Positions 40,000-49,499 of a DNA stretch of 64,000 nucleotides are shown here, piece after piece. Source of the DNA: Vicinamibacteria bacterium (GTDB taxonomy: Bacteria > Acidobacteriota > Vicinamibacteria > Marinacidobacterales > Marinacidobacteraceae). The notes beneath the pieces were generated by a model. The model had not been told where the DNA came from. It saw nothing but the letters and a program-made list of their open reading frames with translations, and made no database searches. Position 1 is the stretch's first letter, and each line of letters starts with the position of its first letter. Location: assembly GCA_965199715.1 (NCBI GenBank), contig OZ241322.1, positions 1 through 64,000 of the forward strand, read 5' to 3'. Position numbers and translations under genes: made by a program.

Positions 40000-41690
40000 T
40001 CCTCGCGGTCCTCCTCGCCCAGATCGCCTTCGCCGAGGTGGCGGCGGAGTCCGGCGTGGATTTCCTCAACATGTACGGGGGCGTCGGGTCGAAGCGGTAC
40101 ATCGTCGAGACCACCGGAACCGGCGCGGCGCTGTTCGACTACGACGCCGACGGCGACCTCGACCTCTTCTTCGTGAACGGCTCCCGGCTCGGCTACGCCG
40201 ACGCCGAGGCGCTCTCGAGCCGGCTTTACCGAAACGACGGGATCGGGCGCTTCGTTGACGTGACCGGCCCCGCCGGGCTCGAGGCGCGCGGCTGGGGGCA
40301 GGGGGTCGCGGTCACCGACTACGAGAACGACGGGGACCTCGACCTGCTCGTCACCTGGTACGGCCGGAACCGGTTCTTCCGGAACCGGGGCGACGGCACC
40401 TTCGTGGAGTCCGCGGCGGAGCTGGGCCTCGACGACCCGCAGTGGGGCGCCGGGGCGGCGTTCGGCGACCTCGACGGGGACGGCGTCTCGGACCTCGTGG
40501 TCGTGAACTACGTGGACTTCGACCACGAGAACACGCCCGGTCCCGGGGAGGCCCCGAACTGCTTCTTCCTCGGGATGCCGGTCATGTGCGGGCCGAAGGG
40601 GCTGCGACCGGCGCCGGCGCTTCTGTACCGCGGCCGCCCGGGCGGCGGGTTCGAGCCGGTCGCGGACGGCGCGATCGGACGCGATCGCTTCTTCGGCCTC
40701 GGCGTGGTCATGGGAGATCTCGACGACGACGGGGACCTGGACGTGTACGTCGCGAACGACCAGACCCCGAACAACCTCTACCGCAACGACGGGGGCTTCC
40801 GCTTCGCCGAAATCGGCCTCGAGGCGGGGCTCGCCTTCAACGAGGACGGGCGGGCGCAGGCCGGCATGGGGGTCGCGCTCGGCGACTACGACAACGACGG
40901 CCGGCTGGACGTCGTGGTGACGAATTTCTCGCACGACTACAACACGCTCTACCGGTCCACCGGCGACGGCTGGTTCTCCGACGAGTCCTTCGCCGCCGGG
41001 GTCGCCGAGCCGAGCTACGGCCTGCTCGGCTGGGGCGCCGGATTCGCCGACTTCGACCGCGACGGCTGGTTGGACGTCCTCGTCGTGAACGGCCACGTCT
41101 ATCCCGAGGTCGAGGGGCCGGTCACGGACAGCGAGTACGCCCAGCCGGCGCTCCTGCTGAAAAATCTCGGGAACGGAGTGTTCGTGCCGGCTCCCGACGA
41201 CGCGCTCGCGACGCCGCGGGTGTTCCGGGGCGCCGCGTTCGGCGACTGGGACGGCGACGGCGATCCGGACGTCGTCGCCACCGTCATGAACGACCGGCAG
41301 GCGCTCTTCCGGAACGAAAGCGTCGGGAACGGCTGGGTGGGATTCCACGTGGTCGGGCGAAGCGCCGCCCGGGCCGCCGCGGGCGCGCGGATCGAGCTCC
41401 TCGCGGGCGGCCCGCGGCAGATCCGGGAGGTCCGCTCGTCGGGCAGCTACCTGTCGGCGAACGACTTCCGGGCGTTCTTCGGCCTCGGTCCGTCGCCCGG
41501 GCCGGTGCGGGCGCGGGTGCGCTGGCTCTCCGGCTGCGAGCGCGAGGTGGCCGCCGAACCGGGCGGGTTCCGTCTCGTCATCGAGCCGGCGGGGTGTCGG
41601 GGCCGCTCCAGCGTGACTCCCTTGAGCAGCGCGAACACCGGGACTCCGGGCCGCAGACCGAGATCCTCCGCCGCGTCCCGGGTCAACTGA
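39996..41690 (+). CDS. CRTAC1 family FG-GAP / ASPIC-UnbV protein
   Basis: [28 protein letters not shown]; 3' end overlaps modC convergently. Confidence 0.9.
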   Translation: MILAVLLAQIAFAEVAAESGVDFLNMYGGVGSKRYIVETTGTGAALFDYDADGDLDLFFVNGSRLGYADAEALSSRLYRNDGIGRFVDVTGPAGLEARGWGQGVAVTDYENDGDLDLLVTWYGRNRFFRNRGDGTFVESAAELGLDDPQWGAGAAFGDLDGDGVSDLVVVNYVDFDHENTPGPGEAPNCFFLGMPVMCGPKGLRPAPALLYRGRPGGGFEPVADGAIGRDRFFGLGVVMGDLDDDGDLDVYVANDQTPNNLYRNDGGFRFAEIGLEAGLAFNEDGRAQAGMGVALGDYDNDGRLDVVVTNFSHDYNTLYRSTGDGWFSDESFAAGVAEPSYGLLGWGAGFADFDRDGWLDVLVVNGHVYPEVEGPVTDSEYAQPALLLKNLGNGVFVPAPDDALATPRVFRGAAFGDWDGDGDPDVVATVMNDRQALFRNESVGNGWVGFHVVGRSAARAAAGARIELLAGGPRQIREVRSSGSYLSANDFRAFFGLGPSPGPVRARVRWLSGCEREVAAEPGGFRLVIEPAGCRGRSSVTPLSSANTGTPGRRPRSSAASRVN

Positions 41691-42646
41691 GCCCGCACTA
41701 CCGCCCCGCCGAGCTCGACCCGCACTTCCGGCAGCGCGCCGTCCGCGACGCTCTCGACCCGGCCGGGGACGACGTTGCGGATGCTGATGCGGCTCGGGCG
41801 CTCGGTCGCGAGCGCGACGTCCCGCGCTCGGACGCGCAGCCGCACTTCCTCCGGCGGACGTTCGGCGGCGGGAGCCAGAAGCGTCGCCCCGCCGACGTCG
41901 AAGCGCGCGAGCCCGGTCTCCGGGTTCCACTCGACGAGCCGGGCGGGGAGGAGCGTGCCGGCCTCGAACCGCTCGCCGGGGCTCCCGCCGCCGAGCCCGA
42001 GCGCGACCTCCTCCACGGGCCCCGCGGCCTCCACCCGACCGTCGCGGAGCAGCGCCATCCGGTCGGCGAGCGCCGCCACCTCGTCGAGGTCGTGGGTCAC
42101 GTGCACCGCAGCCACGCCCTCGGCCCGCGTCCACTCCCGCAGCCACGGCAGGAGCCGCGCCCGCGCCGGGACGTCCAGCGCGGAGAACGGCTCGTCAAGC
42201 AGCAGCACCCGGGGCCGGGCGAGGAGCGCGCGGCCGAGCGCGACCCGCTGACGTTCGCCCCCCGACAGCCCCGCCGGGCGCCGGGCCAGCTTGTCGCCGA
42301 GGCCGAGCGGCTCGACGACCTCCTCGAGGTCCGCGCCGGAGCGCCGCGCCGCGTACCGGAGGTTCCCCGCCACCGTCAGGTGGGCGAAGAGCGCCGGCTG
42401 CTGGAAGGCGAACCCGAGCCGCCGCCGGTGCGTGGGCCGGAACGCGCGCGGGCCCTGCCAGAGGCCGTCGGGGGCCTCGACGCGCCCTTCCAGCCGGATG
42501 AGGCCGGCGACGGCGCGAAGAAGCGTGGTCTTGCCGCTTCCCGACGGCCCGAAGAGCGCGGTGACCGCGCCGCTCGGGGCGGCGAATCCGGCCTCGATTC
42601 CGAAGCCGCCGACCCGGCCGGCCAGATCCACGCGCAGCCCGGTCAT
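41447..42646 (-). CDS. modC: Molybdate ABC transporter ATP-binding subunit
   Basis: [28 protein letters not shown] and C-terminal TOBE/Mop domain. Confidence 0.93.
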   Translation of the reverse strand: MTGLRVDLAGRVGGFGIEAGFAAPSGAVTALFGPSGSGKTTLLRAVAGLIRLEGRVEAPDGLWQGPRAFRPTHRRRLGFAFQQPALFAHLTVAGNLRYAARRSGADLEEVVEPLGLGDKLARRPAGLSGGERQRVALGRALLARPRVLLLDEPFSALDVPARARLLPWLREWTRAEGVAAVHVTHDLDEVAALADRMALLRDGRVEAAGPVEEVALGLGGGSPGERFEAGTLLPARLVEWNPETGLARFDVGGATLLAPAAERPPEEVRLRVRARDVALATERPSRISIRNVVPGRVESVADGALPEVRVELGGAVVRAQLTRDAAEDLGLRPGVPVFALLKGVTLERPRHPAGSMTRRNPPGSAATSRSQPESQRTRARTGPGDGPRPKNARKSFADR

Positions 42647-43299
42647 CGCCGCTCCAGGCTCATGGTCACGAACACCACGACGAACGCGAACGCCAGCAGA
42701 CCGGCCGCGAGCAGGTGCGCCGTCCCCCACTCGAGCGACTCGACGAGGTCGTAGATCGCGATCGAGAGCACCCGGGTCTCGCCCGGGATGTTCCCGCCGA
42801 TCATCAGGATCACGCCGAACTCCCCGACCGTGTGGGCGAATCCGAGCACCGCCCCCGCGAGGATTCCTCTTCGGGCGAGCGGGACCGCGACCGTCCAGAA
42901 GGCGTCCCGGGGCGAGGCCCCGAGCGTCGCCGCCGCCTCGAGCGGGCGGTCGCCGACGGCCTCGAACGCGCTGCGGATCGGCTGCACCGTGAACGGCAGG
43001 GAATAGAGCACCGACCCGATCACGAGGCCGGGGAAGGTGAACGCGAGCGAGGGCTCGCCGATGAGGCCGGCGACCCATCCGCCCGGGCCGGACGGCCCGA
43101 GGCCGATGAGCAGGTAGAACCCGAGCACCGTCGGCGGCAGCACGAGCGGAAGCGCCACGACCGCGGCGACTGCCTCCCGGGCCCGGGAGCGGGTGCGGGC
43201 GAGCCACCACGCGAGCGGTCCGCCGAGCAGCAGCAGGAAGACGGTGGTCGCGCCCGCGAGCTCGAGGGTGAGCCGGATCGCCGGCCAGACCGGGCTCAC
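42643..43299 (-). CDS. modB: Molybdate ABC transporter permease
   Basis: [32 protein letters not shown]. Confidence 0.95.
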   Translation of the reverse strand: MSPVWPAIRLTLELAGATTVFLLLLGGPLAWWLARTRSRAREAVAAVVALPLVLPPTVLGFYLLIGLGPSGPGGWVAGLIGEPSLAFTFPGLVIGSVLYSLPFTVQPIRSAFEAVGDRPLEAAATLGASPRDAFWTVAVPLARRGILAGAVLGFAHTVGEFGVILMIGGNIPGETRVLSIAIYDLVESLEWGTAHLLAAGLLAFAFVVVFVTMSLERR

Positions 43300-44024
43300 G
43301 GGAGCTTGTAGCCGGCGCCGCGGATGATCTCTCGCCCGGCCGCGCCCTGAAGGAAGCGCATGAAGGCCGAAGCGGCCGGATTGTCGCGTCCCCGGCGCAG
43401 AAGGAGCGTGTCCTGGCGGATCGGCGGGTGCAGGTCGTCCGGAACCTCCCAGCGCGAGCCTTCGGGCGGCGCCTGCGTCAGCGCGACGAACCCGACCTCG
43501 GCGTTGCCGGTGCGCACGAACTGGAACGCCTGCGCGACGTTGGTTCCGACGACCCGCCGAGGCGGCGACGGAATCCCGAGCCGCTCCAGCACCGCGAGGG
43601 CGGCGGCGCCGTAGGGCGCGGTCCGGGGGTTCGCGAGCGCGATGCGCCGGAGGTCGGGCGCGCGCAGCGCGTCCGGGCCCCGGATGCGGGCGGGATCCGG
43701 ACTCCAAAGCGCGAGCCGTCCGATCGCGTAGGTCGCGGGCGGGTCGCCGAGGCCGGCCTTCCGGAGCAGCGCCGGGCGCTCGGCGTCGGCCGCGAGGAAC
43801 GCGTCGAAGGGCGCGCCGTTCAGGATCTGCGCGTAGAGTTGGCCGGTCGAGCCGAGGCTGGCGCGGACGCGGAATCCGGTCTCCTCCTCGAACCGGGCGG
43901 CCAGTTCCCGCGCCGTCGGCCCGAAGTTGGCCGCGACCGCGATCCGCGCCTCGCCGCTTCCGCCGGCGAGGAGCAGCAGCGCCGCGGCGGAGGCGATCAC
44001 CGGGGCCGCTCGGGAGCGGATCAG
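43296..44024 (-). CDS. modA: Molybdate ABC transporter substrate-binding protein
   Basis: [34 protein letters not shown]; start CTG 44024 or GTG 44000. Confidence 0.92.
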   Translation of the reverse strand: MIRSRAAPVIASAAALLLLAGGSGEARIAVAANFGPTARELAARFEEETGFRVRASLGSTGQLYAQILNGAPFDAFLAADAERPALLRKAGLGDPPATYAIGRLALWSPDPARIRGPDALRAPDLRRIALANPRTAPYGAAALAVLERLGIPSPPRRVVGTNVAQAFQFVRTGNAEVGFVALTQAPPEGSRWEVPDDLHPPIRQDTLLLRRGRDNPAASAFMRFLQGAAGREIIRGAGYKLP

Positions 44025-45196
44025 CGGTGCGCCGTCATCATGATCTCGACCTTGATCCCGGCGCCCATCATCTTCGCGCCGACGGTCGCGCGCGCCGGCG
44101 GGGACGATCCCACGATCTCGCGGTAGGCCGCGTTCATGGCGTCGTAGTCGCGCATGTCCTCGAGGAACACCATCGAGTCCACCACGTCGGCGAACCCGAG
44201 CCCCGCCGCGGTCAGCGCTTCCTCGATCCGCATCAGCGTGGCCCGGGTCTGCTCGCCCGGGTCCTCGCTCCGGGGCGACGGCGGCACCATCCCCGAGAGC
44301 CACAGCCGATCCCCGGCCCAGATCCCCGCCGAGAGCGGGCTGCCCGAGCGGGGGCCTCCCGGCGCGAGGACGCTGCGCTCGGCGGCGCTCGCCACGCACT
44401 GCACCTCGGCCTTGAAGAGCGGGTTCGCGAGCCGCGCCTCCACCGTCGCCCGGCTCGGCGGATCGACCGGGAAGAACTCCCGGTACGCGGCGTTCATCTC
44501 CCCGAACGCCCGCGAGTCGTCGAGGAACACCCGGCAGTTCACCACGTCCTCGTAGCCCATGCCGCCCGCCTCCAGGACGAGGCCGACGTTCCCCATGATG
44601 CGCTCCATCTGGGCGGTCACGCCGCCTTCCACCGGCTGGTAGGTGTCGGGGTCGCGCGCCGTCGCTCCGGCGACGAAGAGCGTGTCCCCGGCCCGGACGC
44701 CCCACGAGTACGGGAGCTCGGGGCTCATCATCGCCTCGGGGTTCACGACCACCCGCTCGGCGTCGTGGTCGACGGCCACCATCGAGGCCTCGACGAGCGC
44801 GCCGGGAATCGCGATGGCCGCCTGCACCGTGGCCCGGGTGGGCGGATCCTCGGGGAAGTACTCCCGGTACACGTCGTTCATCGCCGAGAAGTGGCGGATG
44901 TCCGACAGGAACACGTTCACCGCCGCGACCCGCGAGAAGTCGAGCCCGTTACGCTCCAGCACGGCCCCGAGGTTGTCCATCATCTGCCGCATCTGGCCCT
45001 CGATCCCGCCGGGGGCGAGGCCGAGCCCGCCCTCCATGTTCCCGATGGCGCCGGCCACGTAGAGCAGGTCGCCGCTCCAGCTCGCCTCGGAGAAGGGCAG
45101 TCCGAGGTCGTTGACCGAATCGTCGGCCGGCTCGGGTTCGGGCGCTCCGCAGGACAGGAGCGCCGCGGTCAGCGACAGCGAGAGGAGTCGGATCAT
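44021..45196 (-). CDS. Lipoprotein with three tandem RidA/YjgF domains
   Basis: LLSC lipobox; three repeats each with MNxxY..F/I and PP(T/S/A)RATV followed by (V/A)E. Confidence 0.88.
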   Translation of the reverse strand: MIRLLSLSLTAALLSCGAPEPEPADDSVNDLGLPFSEASWSGDLLYVAGAIGNMEGGLGLAPGGIEGQMRQMMDNLGAVLERNGLDFSRVAAVNVFLSDIRHFSAMNDVYREYFPEDPPTRATVQAAIAIPGALVEASMVAVDHDAERVVVNPEAMMSPELPYSWGVRAGDTLFVAGATARDPDTYQPVEGGVTAQMERIMGNVGLVLEAGGMGYEDVVNCRVFLDDSRAFGEMNAAYREFFPVDPPSRATVEARLANPLFKAEVQCVASAAERSVLAPGGPRSGSPLSAGIWAGDRLWLSGMVPPSPRSEDPGEQTRATLMRIEEALTAAGLGFADVVDSMVFLEDMRDYDAMNAAYREIVGSSPPARATVGAKMMGAGIKVEIMMTAHR

Positions 45197-45220
45197 CGGG
45201 CGGGCCTCCGGGCGGGGCCG

Positions 45221-46504
45221 ATGATACATTCGGGGTTCCGGCCGATCGCCTTGCACTCCGTCTTTCGCCCCGGGCCCTCCGGTCGTCTCGAGGTGGACGG
45301 GGTTCCGGTGGACGCGGCGATCGAGGCGTGCGGAGCGGGGACTCCCGCGTACCTGTATTCGATCCCGGCGCTCCTGCGGCGGTACGACGACCTGCGCCGG
45401 GCGTTTCGGCCCCTCGCGCCGCGGATCTCGGTCCCGCTGAAGGCGAACGCGCAGCCGGCGCTGCTGCGGGCGCTGCGCGACCGGGACGCCGGCGCCGAGG
45501 CCGGGTCGGAGGCCGAGCTGCACCTCGCCGCCGCGCTCGAGTTCCCGCCCGAGTCCATCACGCTCACCGGGGTCGGGAAGTCGCGCGCCGCGCTCGAACG
45601 CGCCGTGGAGCTGGGGATCGGCCTCGTCTCGGTCGAATCCGAAGCCGAGCTCGCTCGCCTCGGCGAGATCGCCCGGGAGCGTCCCGTTTCCGCGCTGCTG
45701 CGGCTGAACCCCGAGCTTCCCGGCGTGGACACCCACCCGAGCATCGCGACCGGAGTCCCGCGGGCGAAGTTCGGGCTGGACGCCCCCCGCGTCCGGGCGC
45801 TGCTGCGGCGCGGCGGCGATCCGGTCCGGATCGTCGGACTCCACGCCCACGTCGGCTCGCAGATCCTCGATCCCGCCACGTTCCGCCGGGCCGCCGAGCG
45901 GCTCGCCGCGCTCTTCGCCGAGTCCGGCTCGCTCGAGGTGCTGGACGTGGGCGGCGGGTTCGGGATTCCGTCCCGCGACGGGGAGGCCGAGACCCCGTTC
46001 GCCGCGTTCGCCGACGCGATCCGGGAGGGACTGGAATCGGTCCTCGGCGGGAACCTGCCCCGCGTCGTGGTCGAGCCGGGGCGCTCGCTCTTCGGTCCCG
46101 CGGGAGCGCTCGTGACCCGGGTGACCGAGGTGAAGTCGGTCGGCGACCGCGATTTCGTCGTGACCGACGCCGGGATGAACGACCTGCTGCGCCCGGCGCT
46201 CTACGACGGCCACCACCGGATCGTCCCGGTGGCGCCGGGGAAGGGGGCGCCCCGGCCGTTCGACGTGGCCGGCCCGGTCTGCGAGACGGGGGACGTCTTC
46301 GGGCGCGACCGCCGGCTGCCTCCGCCGCAGGCCGGGGATCTGCTCGCGATCCTCGACGCGGGGGCCTACGGCTTCACGATGTCCTCGAACTACAACCTGC
46401 GCCCGCGCCCGGCCGAAGTCGTCCTCGCCGGCGGCGGCGCGGTTCTGGCTCGCCGCCGCGAACGTCCGGCGGAGCTGGCCGACCGGACGTTGCGAGCCCG
46501 ATGA
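45221..46504 (+). CDS. lysA: Diaminopimelate decarboxylase
   Basis: KANA, KFG, HAHVGSQ, DVGGG, EPGR, GPVCETGD, GAYGFTMSSNYN; start ATG 45221 or TTG 45251. Confidence 0.93.
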   Translation: MIHSGFRPIALHSVFRPGPSGRLEVDGVPVDAAIEACGAGTPAYLYSIPALLRRYDDLRRAFRPLAPRISVPLKANAQPALLRALRDRDAGAEAGSEAELHLAAALEFPPESITLTGVGKSRAALERAVELGIGLVSVESEAELARLGEIARERPVSALLRLNPELPGVDTHPSIATGVPRAKFGLDAPRVRALLRRGGDPVRIVGLHAHVGSQILDPATFRRAAERLAALFAESGSLEVLDVGGGFGIPSRDGEAETPFAAFADAIREGLESVLGGNLPRVVVEPGRSLFGPAGALVTRVTEVKSVGDRDFVVTDAGMNDLLRPALYDGHHRIVPVAPGKGAPRPFDVAGPVCETGDVFGRDRRLPPPQAGDLLAILDAGAYGFTMSSNYNLRPRPAEVVLAGGGAVLARRRERPAELADRTLRAR

Positions 46505-47007
46505 GCGGGCGGGGGCCGCGGACGCCGCTGGTCGCCGGGCTCTTTCTCGCCGCGGGCGTCGCCGCGATCGTCGAGTTCCGCGGCGAACCGCGCGACCTGC
46601 TGTTCGCAGCCGTCCTCATCGCGCTCTTCACGCCGCTCAAGGCGCTCATGGTGCGCTGGCTGGGCGGCGCCCGCCCGTACTCGTCGGCCTTCGTCGCCTC
46701 GGCGTTCTCGATGCTCGTGGGCCTCGCCTTCCGCGAGCCGCTCAACCTCTGGGCGCTGCTCGTCCGCAGCGCCGCGATCACCGCCGTCCTCGAGTTCGTC
46801 GCGCTCTACGCGATGCGGACGTTCGAGCGTCCGCTCTCGCTGGCGGTGCTCGCCGGGTACATGTCGATCGTCGTCCACCTCCTCTCGGGGGGCTTCGTCC
46901 TCGCCGGGCGCGCCCCGACGATCGGGTTCCCGTTGATGCTGGCGGGAGCGCTCGTGATGTGGTCGCCCCTGCTGGTCCGGGGACTCCTCGGGCGCCGTTC
47001 CTCCTAA
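46501..47007 (+). CDS. Hypothetical integral membrane protein
   Basis: ATGA coupling to lysA; about 6 hydrophobic segments in 168 aa. Confidence 0.7.
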   Translation: MSGRGPRTPLVAGLFLAAGVAAIVEFRGEPRDLLFAAVLIALFTPLKALMVRWLGGARPYSSAFVASAFSMLVGLAFREPLNLWALLVRSAAITAVLEFVALYAMRTFERPLSLAVLAGYMSIVVHLLSGGFVLAGRAPTIGFPLMLAGALVMWSPLLVRGLLGRRSS

Positions 47008-47018
47008 GGAGATCCCCC

Positions 47019-47918
47019 ATGTGGAAGCTCATCCTCGCCGCGCAGCTCGTGGCCGCCGTCGCCGCCGCGCAGACGAACCCGCTGCACGGCCGGACCAAGG
47101 TGAAGAACTACCTGCCGCACATGACCTGGACCGAGGTCGAGGACCTGCGGGAGCGCACCGACATGGTCGTCATCCCGGTGGGCGCCATCGAGCAGCACGG
47201 CCCGCACATGGCCGTCGGGACCGACGTCCTGAACGGGATCGAGCGGGCCAAGCTGATCGCCCAGCGGACCGACGTCCTCGTCGCCCCGATCCTCTTCCCG
47301 GGGAATTCGCCGTACCACCTCGCCTTCCCGGGGACGATCAGCCTGTCGGCGGAGACGGTCCAGCAGGTGCACCTCGAGGCCGCCGAGAGCCTGCTGCGCC
47401 ACGGCTTCCGCCGCTTCCTGATCCTCAACTCGCACGGCGGCAACCGGGCGACCTCGCAGTACATCGCCGACCGGATCAACCACGAGACCGCCGGAATCGC
47501 CGTCGAGCTGGGCGCGGCGTCCGCGCCCTTCCGCGAGCGCGGTCCGGGGCGTGGCCCCGTCTTCGACCGCCACGGCGGCGTCGGCGAGACCTCCAACTCG
47601 CTCTATCTCAACCCGGAACTCGTGGATCTCGAAAGGGCCCGTCCGGCCGAGCTCACCCATCCCGAGCATCTTGCGGACCTGATCCCGGACATGATGGCCG
47701 GCGACCCCACCGCGTCGCTCGTGTTCCTCGCCGAGTCGCTGAAGGCGGAGGAGACCGGGAAGGGGACCTCGACCCGGGAGCTCACCGACACCGGCGTCTG
47801 GAGCGAGCGGAACCCGGCGGACGCGACCGCCGAGCGCGGCCGCGAGGAGACCGAGGCCTTCGTGGAGGCCGCGGTTCGGTTCATCGAGCGCTGGAAGGAA
47901 CTACGCCCGATGCGCTAG
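47019..47918 (+). CDS. Creatininase family amidohydrolase with signal peptide
   Basis: PVGAIEQHGPH, GTD, FPGT, NSHGGN, HGGVGETS; AGGAG SD. Confidence 0.9.
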   Translation: MWKLILAAQLVAAVAAAQTNPLHGRTKVKNYLPHMTWTEVEDLRERTDMVVIPVGAIEQHGPHMAVGTDVLNGIERAKLIAQRTDVLVAPILFPGNSPYHLAFPGTISLSAETVQQVHLEAAESLLRHGFRRFLILNSHGGNRATSQYIADRINHETAGIAVELGAASAPFRERGPGRGPVFDRHGGVGETSNSLYLNPELVDLERARPAELTHPEHLADLIPDMMAGDPTASLVFLAESLKAEETGKGTSTRELTDTGVWSERNPADATAERGREETEAFVEAAVRFIERWKELRPMR

Positions 47919-49399
47919 AGGCGGGGGATCCGCAGCGGGCCGGCCTCGAGCACTTGGCCCCAGATGCGGCGTCCGACCGCGTCGGCCTCCCGCAACAGGG
48001 CCTCCTCGTCCATCGTGAGCACCCTCCGGTCGCGCATCACGAACTCGCCGTCCACCATCACCGACTCGATGTCTCCGGGGTGTCCGCCGTGGACGATCGC
48101 CGAGATCACCCGTCCGGCCGGCGTCAGGTGCGCCCGCAGGGTGTTCACGACGAGAAGGTCGGCCTTGCGCCCGACTTCCAGCACGCCGAGTTCGTCCGGC
48201 TGGCGGACGGCCCGCGCCCCGCCCGACGTGGCGTCGGCGAGCGCGTCCTCCGGCTGCGGGGCGAGGCCGGGCACCTCGTCGCCGTCGCGGTTGCGGCGGA
48301 TGCGCTCGGTGAGCATCGCGATCCGCATCACTTCGAAGAGATCGTTCGTGTTGTTGTCCGTCCCGAGCGCGATCGGGCACCCGGCGGCGCGCAACTCGGG
48401 AATCGGGGGGCTGATTCCGCGGTTCGCGGCCATCCCCGCCTGGTGGGCGATGATCGTGCCGGTCTCCCCGAGAAGCGCGATCTCCTCGTGGTTCACGTAG
48501 CGGGCGTGGGCGGCGAACAGGCGCGGCCCGAGGAAGCCGTGCCGGTGCAGATAATGAGTCGGGCGGACGCCGTGGTGGAGCGTCATGAACTCGAACTCGG
48601 CGCGGCTCTGGTTCAGGTGGATCGTGTACCCGAGGTCGTGGCGCTCGGCGAACGCGCGCACGGCCTCCAGCAGCTCCGGCGAGGAGGTCTCGACCAGCGC
48701 GGCCGCCGGAAACACCGTGATCCGTCCGTTTCGGGCGCCGTGCCACGTTTCGAAGAGGTCGCTGATGCGCTCGAGCCCCTCGTCGCGCAGCCGCTCCGAG
48801 AAGCGCGGCGTCGCGCTGGCGTTTTCCGCCATCGCCCGCGTCGAGATTGGTCCGGGGACGTTCTCGGCGTCGCGGATTCCCTCGGCGAAAACGCAGCGGA
48901 GCCCCGAGTCGGCGAGGACGCCGGCCTGCCGCTGGACGTTTCCGGTGTACTCCACGATCGTCGTGGTGCCGGTGCGGATCGCCTCGAGCGCCGCGACCTG
49001 CACCATCAGCTCGCCCTCTCCGCCCTCCAGCAGGCTGGCCGGCGAGACCGGCAGGTTCGCGGTGTTCGGGAACCCGAAGTCCTCGTTGAAGCCGCGGGCG
49101 ATGACCGCCCGCATGTGCGCGTGGGTGTTGATGAATCCGGGCAGCAGCACCCGGTCGCGGCAGTCGTAGCGGTCGGCGCCGGGGAAGGCGGCGAGCACTT
49201 CCTCGGAAGGGCCGATCGCGGCGATGCGGCCGTCGTGGACGGCGAGCGCGACGTTCTCGCGGACCCCGTCGGGATTCGCGACGGTCGCGTCGGTGAAGAC
49301 CACCGCGCCCGTCGGCTGCGCGGCGCGTCCCCGGGCGGCGCCGGCGAGGACCGAGGCTCCGGCCCCGGCGAGAACCTGACGGCGAGTGACGGCGAACAT
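47915..49399 (-). CDS. Tat-exported amidohydrolase (MTA/SAH deaminase, AtzA-like fold)
   Basis: TRRQVL leader; PGFINTHAH, IHLNQ, AHA, LGTDN, GRKADL. Confidence 0.85.
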   Translation of the reverse strand: MFAVTRRQVLAGAGASVLAGAARGRAAQPTGAVVFTDATVANPDGVRENVALAVHDGRIAAIGPSEEVLAAFPGADRYDCRDRVLLPGFINTHAHMRAVIARGFNEDFGFPNTANLPVSPASLLEGGEGELMVQVAALEAIRTGTTTIVEYTGNVQRQAGVLADSGLRCVFAEGIRDAENVPGPISTRAMAENASATPRFSERLRDEGLERISDLFETWHGARNGRITVFPAAALVETSSPELLEAVRAFAERHDLGYTIHLNQSRAEFEFMTLHHGVRPTHYLHRHGFLGPRLFAAHARYVNHEEIALLGETGTIIAHQAGMAANRGISPPIPELRAAGCPIALGTDNNTNDLFEVMRIAMLTERIRRNRDGDEVPGLAPQPEDALADATSGGARAVRQPDELGVLEVGRKADLLVVNTLRAHLTPAGRVISAIVHGGHPGDIESVMVDGEFVMRDRRVLTMDEEALLREADAVGRRIWGQVLEAGPLRIPRL

Positions 49400-49499
49400 C
49401 GTGACGGGCCTCCTCACCCGGCTTGGAACGTTCCGGCTGGATCGAGCGTATGGGACTGAAGAAGGAAATCCGGGTGCTTCGCATTCAAGGATACCGGGC

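Noticed and set aside
21013-41690. Recurring GACxxCGACGGCGAC-like nucleotide repeats
   Set aside because: They encode FG-GAP DxDGDG protein repeats and are not a DNA element
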